NCBI GenBank assembly: GCA_038087875.1
Contig: CM075978.1
Span: 100,378,001-100,442,000 of the forward strand
Reading direction: 5' to 3'
Length of the DNA stretch: 64,000 bases
Source: Malacoraja senta
Taxonomy: Eukaryota
This document shows positions 56,660 through 64,000 of this stretch, piece after piece. Position numbers and translations under genes: made by a program. The notes below the pieces were generated by a model. The model was not told the DNA's origin. It worked only from the letters and a program-made list of their open reading frames with translations, and did not search any database. The number at the start of each line of letters is the position of its first letter. The stretch's first letter is position 1.

Positions 56660-58075
56660 GAAGTATCATGCTTTTCTAATCTTCTGGAATTTTTTGAAGA
56701 TGTAACTAGGAAAATGGACAAGGGAGAGCCAGTGGATGTAATGTACCTGGACTTTCAGAAAGCATTTGATAAGGTCCCACATAGGAGATTAGTGGGCAAA
56801 ATAAGGGAACATGGTATTGGGGGTAGAGTGCTGACATGGATAGAGAAGTGGTTGGCAGATAGGAGTAGGAATTAACGGGTCACTTTCAGAATGGCAGGCA
56901 GTGACTAGTGGGGTACTGCAAGGCTCGGTGGTGGGACCGCAGCTATTTACAATATACATCAATGATTTGGATGAAGGGATTCAAAGTAACTTTAGCAAAT
57001 TTGCAGATGACACAAAGCTGGGTGGCAGTGTGAACTGTGAGGGGGATGCTATGAGAATGCAGGGTGACTTGGACAGGTTGGGGGAGTGGGCATGGCAGAT
57101 GAAGTTTAATGCGGATAAATGTGAGGTTATCCACTTTGGTAGCAAAAACAGGAAGGCAGATTTCTAAATGGCGTCAAGTGGGAAAAGGGGAAGAACAACG
57201 GGATCTGGGGGTCCTAGTTCATCAGTCTATGGAAGTAAGCATGCAGGTACAGCAGGCAGTGAAGAAAGCGAATGGCATGTTGGCCTTTACAACAAGAGGA
57301 ATCGAATATAGGAGCAAAGAGGTCCTTCTGCAGTTGAACAGCGCCCTAGTGAGACCACACCTGGAGTATTGTGTGCAGTTAGTGTTTCGTCGTCTCCGTT
57401 CAAAATGGCTTACTCCTTATTCTTAAACTGTGGCCCCTGGTTCAGGACTCCCCCAAAATCGGGAACATGTTTCCTGCCTCTAGCGTGTCCAAACCCTTAA
57501 CAAACCCTTAACCCTTAACCCCAAAAATCCCCCTAATTTGAGGAAGGACATTCTTGCTATTGAGGGAGTGCAGCATAGGTTTACAAGGTTAATTCCCGGG
57601 ATGGCGGGACTGTCGTATGCTGAGAGAATGGGCTTGTACACTATGGAGCTGGGCTTGTACACTATGGAGTTTAGAAGGATGAGAGGGTTTCTCATTGAAA
57701 CATATAAGATTGTTAAGGGTTTCGACACGCTAGAGGCAGGAAACATGTACCCGATTTTGGGGGAGTCCTGAACCCGGGGCCACACTTTAAGAATAAGGAG
57801 TAAGCCATTTAGAATGGAGACGACGAAACACTTTTTCTCACAGAGAGTGGTGCGTCTGTGGAATTCTCTGCCTCAGAGGGCGTTGGAGGCAGAGTCTCTG
57901 GATGTTTTCAAGAGAGAGCTAGATAGAACTCTTAAAAATAGCGGAGTCAGGGGATATGGGGAGAAGGCAGGAACGGGGTACTGATTGGGGATGATCAGCC
58001 ATGATCACATTGAATGGCTCGAATGGCCGAATGGCCTATTCCTGCACCTATTGTCTATTGTCTGTTGTCTATTGT
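56660..58075 (+). mobile_element. CR1 RT/3' fragment with an internal inverted duplication
   Basis: [17 protein letters not shown]; 57381-57501 is an inverted copy of about 57710-57830. Confidence 0.88.
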
Positions 58076-58447
58076 CTAAGTATAAATCCCCCACCATTAT
58101 AAGCCTATTGCTCTTGTATTGGATGTGGACCATTGGCTTAAAGCTTGATCTGCAGTACAATTCTGCTCCTTTTCGGGAAATTTGTACGGAGGATGCAGTT
58201 GTAAGAAAAACAGAGTGTAGCAGCAAGAACTTCCAACTTTCAACATCAGGCCCTACGACCCATGATGTCTGCGCTGAACATGCCGCCTCTTCTGCACATC
58301 CCTCCATTTTAAAAGGTTCTTAAATGCTACAATCGTATCCACAATCACCACTGACAGTACATTCCAGGTGCCTAAATATAGTTTTAAAAAACGGCTTTGT
58401 ATCTTCTTTAAATGTTTCTCTTCTCACCTTAAACCTAATGTTTAAGA

Positions 58448-58690
58448 GTGGCAAGGTGGTGCAGTGGGAGAGTTGCTGCCTTACAGAGCTTACAGCGCCT
58501 AAGACCCGGGTTTGATCCTGACTACGGGTGCTGTCTGCACCGAATTTGTACGTTCTCCCCGTGACCGGGTCGGTTTTCTCCAAGATCTTTGGTTTCCTCC
58601 CACACTCCAAAGACATATAGGTTTGTAGGTTAATTGGCTTGGTATCAATGTAAAATTGTCCCTAATATGTGTTGGATAGTGTTAATGTAT
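58448..58690 (+). mobile_element. V-SINE (HE1-like), 3' truncated
   Basis: Head and V-domain. Confidence 0.8.
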
Positions 58691-59378
58691 GTATAATCTG
58701 CTGGATCTTCTGGCAGCCTTCTTCACTGTCCACAACCCCATACATTTTTGTGTTATTTGTAAACGTACTGGCACAGGAGCTGAACCCCACTGATCTCACT
58801 CTCCTACATGTCCTTCTCTTTGTTGAATACTGATGCAAAGTACTCCTTTAGTACCTCACCTGCATCCTCTGACTCCAAGCATAAAATCTCTCCTTTTGCG
58901 CTGTGTGATCCTATCTTCTCGCTAGTAACCCACTTGTGTAAATGTGTGTATTAAATGCCTTGGGATTGTTGTTAATTCTGCTTGTCAGGGGCATTTCATG
59001 GCCCCTTTGGTCATCCTACTTCCCTGCTTTAGTTCCTTCCTGCTTTCTTTATATTCCTTAAAGTTTCTGTCTGATTTCATCTTCCTACATATTACAAATG
59101 CTTCTGTTTCCTTTTTGGCCAAATTTACAAAGTTTTGCTGCCTGCTTCCCATTCTTTCCCTTCTCCTTAAGGAACATACCCCGGCATTCAAGTAACCCCC
59201 GCATTCCCTCTCTCTCCATCCCTCCCCCACCCAAGTCGCACCAGCTTCTTGTTTTCACCCAACAAACAGCTAACAATGGCCTGTTTCCTTTATAATTTTT
59301 ATGCATATCTTTCATTAATTGTTCATTATCTCTCTACATCATCATCTATATCTCTAGTTTCCCTTATCCCTAACTAGT

Positions 59379-59402
59379 CTGAGGAAGGGTCTTGACCCGA
59401 AA
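59379..59402 (+). ncRNA. Hammerhead-like core, degenerate helix III
   Basis: CTGAGGA-A-GGGTC-TT-GACCC-GAAA. Confidence 0.4.
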
Positions 59403-61801
59403 AATATCACCCATTACTTCTCTCCAGAGATGTGTCCTGTCCCGCCAAGATACTCCACCTTTTTGTGTCTATCTTCGCTTTAAACCAGCATCTGCAATTC
59501 CTTCCTACTCATACCAGTCTTGAACTTTGGTCTTCAAATTACTCCCACGTTAGATGTGGATTGGCCCAAGAACAGCTGCTCCCAAATTACTCTCTCTATT
59601 TGGTGACCAATAGTGTTGTAATTTGCTCTCCCCCACTCCAGACGTATCCTTATTCAGAACTATCTTAAAAATCTGATGGAGTTGTGAACACTGTTCCAAA
59701 AATGTTCTCCCACTGAAATGCCAATCACCATTACCACTTCCTGACCCTCTACTGCCCGCACATTTAGATCTAGCAAAAACCTCAAACTACATGAATATCA
59801 TATCATAAGACCATAATTGATCATAAGTGATAGGAGCAGAATTAGGTAATTCAACCCATCAAGTCTACTCCACCATTCAATCATGGCTGATCTATCTCTC
59901 CCTCCCAACCCCATTCTCCTGCCTTCTCCCCCATAACCTCTGACACCTGTACTAATCAATATTGTTATCCGAATGAGAACATTTTTAGTAAGCCTGGAAA
60001 TGGATAATGAATTAGTTTAAGAACTGATATAGAACCTATTCAGTATGTAGGATCTACAGATATCAAAGCTCTCAAACTGGACATAACTTGCAGCTTAAAG
60101 TTCCAGGTTTTTGATGTTTCAGGTGTGGTAGAGACGGAGGTAAATGCAATGGAGGAGTTGCACTATTAATTGATGAAGGTTAGGCAGTGGATGTTGTAGA
60201 AATGGATATTAGTAAGGCTTTTGATAAGTTCTCTCATGATAAGCTGATCCAGAAATGTAAGATGTCTTGAATTCACGATGACTTGGTCATATGCATTCAG
60301 AAATGGCTTAATCATAGAAGACACAGGGATGTGGAAGGAAGATATTCGAGCTGGAGGTCTGTGACTAGTGGGAATCTGCTATTCTAAGCCAAGGTCCTTT
60401 GCCACAATTGCTCTGTGGGAAAACCCTCATTAACAATGTGGAACTGACAGGTGGGAAATGAGGACAAGGGGAACCCTATCCTTGTTCTGGGTGGACGGAG
60501 AGGGAATGAGAGCAGAAATGTGAGACTTGGTACATGAACAGTTGAGAGTCTTGTCAGCAATCACAGTCTTTTTCACAGACATAGGGGAAGGAGATAGAGA
60601 GCTCAGTAATATGACTTGAAGACGACAACTCCTCCCTCATTGTCAGTGATGATGATGAAACAATTGTGGATATTGCCTCCATTCAATTTGCAGAAAGGAT
60701 TTCATTAGGTTCCAAAAATGTGAGCACGCAAAATATGAGGTAACTTTGTAAAACAAGAGACAGAGAGGTTTCATGATTCGCTGAGTGTGTCAAATGGCAA
60801 TCCTTGGTAATCCTTAGGGATCTGCACTTTTAAGCTGATGGGATAATTCAGAGTTATATATAAAAGCAAAATCAGATCTGAAGGAAAATCCTGGAAGCAT
60901 TTAGCAGGTCAGACAGCAAAGTGGCGAGTGAAACTCAGTTAATAATTTAGACAGTGACCGGATGATGTTCACACTTGTTCACGTGATGTTCCATGTTTAC
61001 AGACACGACTGAATTAGGAAGCAGAGGATGTCATGCAAATTACAATGATACAGGCAGAGGCATTGAGTGGCCAGACTATGGAAGATGGAATTTATTAAAG
61101 GAAAATATGTCGCCATATATTTTAAATCCATCAATATCAAACCACTCTCTTCTTAACGCATGTCATCCCAGTTATATTGAACATTGTTTGGTGGTATATG
61201 TAAATTAATTATTCATGTATCCCAATCTATCATTCATGCCAGAGTTGCCTTTACTCACCACAGATTTTAAACAATAGTCTTATCTTTCCAGGATCTTCCA
61301 GTGTACAGTTGCTCTCTAATGCCAATCCCAAATGAGTGGTGGTGTGCTCTGATCCAGAATGCCCTGATGCGATCAGGGGGTTCGGCTAGAAGGAACTAAC
61401 CAAGATGGCCCTGCACAAAATCTATCACTTCCCTGTGTATAGGAATGAACTGTAGATGCTGGTTTACACCGAAGGTAGACACAAAATACTGGAGTAACTC
61501 AGCAACTCTGGAAAAAAGGAATAGGTGACGTCTCAGGTCGAGACCCTTCTTCAGAGCCACAAAGGAGTAGCAGCGAGAAAGGGTGTTGCAGAACTCCCAT
61601 CAGAGGAGAACCTCTTCGAAATAGGCATACCTTGAGGGGATTTTGCAGCGGAACAGACAAAGAGTGTTGGAAGTTTACACTGGAGATAGAAACAAAATGT
61701 TCTGGTAACTCAGCAGGTCAGGCAGCATCTCTGGAGAAAAGGAATAGATGTCATTTTGGGTCGAGACCCTTCTCCAGACACAAAGAAGGTCTGAAGTTGG
61801 T

Positions 61802-61830
61802 CTGAAGAAGGGTCTCGAGCCGAAATGTCA
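61802..61830 (+). ncRNA. Hammerhead-like motif
   Basis: GGT-CTGAAGA-A-GGGTC-TC-GAGCC-GAAA-TGTC-ACC; helix I GGU/ACC is possible. Confidence 0.42.
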
Positions 61831-61872
61831 CCTATCCTTTTCTCCAGAGATGCTGCCTGACCCACTGAGTTA

Positions 61873-62421
61873 AGGGCCTGTCCCACGAGCATGCGACTGC
61901 ATACGACGAGCGCGACCTAATGTGGTGGCTTGAGGCGTACGGCCTCGCGGGGCCGGTCCCACTTCCAACCGCGGAGCCTTTTGGAGTTGGGCGGCGCTGG
62001 TCCCGACATCATACTCACCAATCAGCTGGGCAGGAGGCGGGCCGATTGAATTTGGATGTCACACGGCGTCGGGCGGTGACGTCATCACGCAATGGCACGC
62101 CGGGCGGCGATGTCATCGCGCAACGCCACGTGCTAGGCGTATGCCGTCAAGACGCTGCGTACGCCCATCGAGACGTTACGTAAGGCCTCGATGCGGCTGC
62201 GTATGGCGTCAATGCGGCCGCGGGCCGACAGGCCGTTGTCGCGCGGAATTTTTGAACAGTGTCAGTTTTTCAGAGCCCCGCGCGATGTCGGGACCAGCCC
62301 CGCACAACTCCATACGGCTCCGGCGATCGAAGTAGGACCGGCCCCGCGAGGCCGTACGGTTCAAGCGGCCACATTAGGTCGCACTAGCCGCATGCAGTCG
62401 CATGCTCGTGGGACAGGCCCA
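61873..62421. mobile_element. PIF/Harbinger MITE with long TIRs
   Basis: TIR AGGGCCTGTCCCACGAGCATGCGACTGC... at both ends; TTA duplicated at 61870-61872 and 62422-62424; removing it restores the host repeat (ctgagTTActgcagca). Confidence 0.85.
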
Positions 62422-63029
62422 TTACTGCAGCATGTTGTGTCCATCTATCACTTCACACTTCTCTGGATTGAATTCCACATGCCACCCAATCAATGGACAA
62501 TCTATTGCTGCCCTCCTGTGGCTGCAAACATTCTTCTGCACTATCAGTAACACTGCCATTTTTTGATAATAACTGCAAGCTTCATAAATTTGATATTTTA
62601 TTTTCAAATCAAAACAATCATTTCTAAAGCTCACATAAAGCAAGAGGCTGGGGAGAACCAATCAACAGAGCTTTCCATTCAAAAATTCTCTCAGCATCCG
62701 TCATCCTGTTTCACTCAAGCAGCTAGTTCTCAACCCCTCCCACTCTCTGCTAATCTTTTCCCCCTCATCATGCCTTTAATGCTTCTGCAATTATTTTTAA
62801 TTTTGGTTCACTTTTTTGATCACACTACAAAGAGAAGTAGGTAATTCCTAACCAGGCCCCTCAGGCTTCTCTCACCATTCAATATGATCATGGCTGATCT
62901 GCCCAGAACTCATCTCATCTTCTGTGAACAATCGCCCTCAATCCTCCCGATCCCTCAAAAGGTTATCTACCTCCACCTTAAGAACTTCAAATGGTCTAGC
63001 TTGTACAACTCCCTGAGGCAGAGCTTAGT

Positions 63030-63340
63030 GCAGTTTAGAGATACAGCGCGGAAACAGGCCCTTCGGCACACTGAGTCCACACCGACCAGCGATCCCTGCA
63101 CATTAACACTATCCTAAATAAACTAGGGACAATTTACACTTAAACCAAGCCAATTAACCTACAAATCTGGACGTCTTTGGAGTGTGGGAGGAAACCGAAG
63201 ATCTCTGAGAAAACCCACACGGTAATGGGGAGAACGTACAAACTCTGTACAGACAGCACCCGCATTTGGTATCAAACCCGGGTCTCTGGCGCTGCAAGCG
63301 CAGTAAGGCAGCAACTCTACCGCTGCACTACCGTGCCGCC
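63030..63340 (-). mobile_element. V-SINE (HE1-like)
   Basis: Same structure. Confidence 0.85.
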
Positions 63341-63394
63341 CAATTCCTGAAATTCACTACTCTCTGCAAAAATGTCTACACACCTTAGTGCGTT

Positions 63395-64000
63395 AAATGT
63401 TTATTTTTAATTTTTTTATTTTTATTAGAAGCAATTGTACAGAGATAAAACATTCGGCATCTAAAATTATACAATAATTGTACAGCTTCATTTTTAACCT
63501 TATAACCTAAATTATGAAAATGAAAAAAGAAAAGAAAAAGAAAACAAGAGAGAAAAAAGTAGAAAGTGAAAAGATAGATTGAAGAAGAACAAAAGTGAAT
63601 CCCCTAAACTACCAAAGTAGTGTGGCAGAAAGATATAGAAATAAGAAAAAAGAAAAAGAAAAGTGGAGAAATACCTTGCCCCTCGTCCCCCCTACCCGCC
63701 TCACCCAACCCAGCATCGGATTTTAATTTTAATTTGTGTTGCACCATGCTATTGTTGTAAGAATTCGGTAAAGGGTGTCCATGTCTTAAGAAATTGATCT
63801 GGTTTTTCCGCCAAGGCAAGCCTAATATTTTCCAAATGTAGTGTTTGTGATCTACATCTTCACTGCAGAGACTGTTGTCTGTTTCCAAAATGTAAGTTAA
63901 TTTTTTCGCCGTTATTAGGTGAAAAAATGTCTTTGAAATATCGTTAGCTCAGAACAGGCCTCTGGCATACTGAGTGTGATCAGTTTTATGTCTGGATCCA
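63395..64000 (-). mobile_element. L1/Tx1 3' end with A-rich tail (runs off the window)
   Basis: Degenerate LENIRLALAEKPDQFLKTWTPFTEFL resembles an L1 ORF2 C-terminus; T-rich tail on the + strand. Confidence 0.6.

Noticed and set aside
57500-57525. Interstitial telomeric repeat
   Set aside because: The unit is CCCTTAA, not CCCTAA, and it derives from the adjacent LINE sequence aacccttaac.
58005-58307. ORF with a leader-like stretch WKFLLLHSVFLTTASS
   Set aside because: No phase-1 donor, and the downstream part resembles a decayed CR1 endonuclease.
60647-60739. Candidate + strand exon (DDDETIVDIASIQF...)
   Set aside because: Isolated, with no partner exons and no recognisable motif.
1-64000. 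CRISPR arrays, rRNA or bona fide tRNA genes
   Set aside because: None seen. The tRNA-like sequences are SINE heads.

Overview
Vertebrate genomic DNA, probably from a cartilaginous fish (skate or ray). This is inferred from the dense CR1 (HER1-like) LINEs and HE1-like V-SINEs. The window holds two convergent multi-exon genes in a repeat-rich background, with N-gaps at 5448-5647 and 44356-44491. (1) On the + strand, 2728-14286, is a ZNF395/ZNF704/SLC2A4RG-family gene with 8 coding exons, one C2H2 finger and a C-terminal C-clamp. As assembled it carries two +1 frameshifts. (2) On the - strand, 31142-54636, is a gene I assembled by hand from splice sites and phases. It encodes a type I immunoreceptor with four tandem single-exon V domains, each ending in a germline-fused J-like strand with TCR-gamma-like features. 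These are followed by an uncharged TM exon, small cytoplasmic exons and a terminal exon with an ITIM (LFYADI) and an ITSM (TEYAAI). There is no constant domain and no complete RSS. The ORF track shows only the V exons; the TM and tail exons were read from the sequence. A candidate cassette exon could shift the last exon into a YxxM-encoding frame. The leader exon was not confidently located. The remaining sequence comprises CR1, L2 and L1 LINE fragments (often nested), V-SINEs, THAP-bearing ISL2EU-like MITEs, a Harbinger MITE, tandem Helitron-like elements and short repeats with minimal hammerhead-ribozyme cores. Repeat boundaries are approximate, and no database searches were run.
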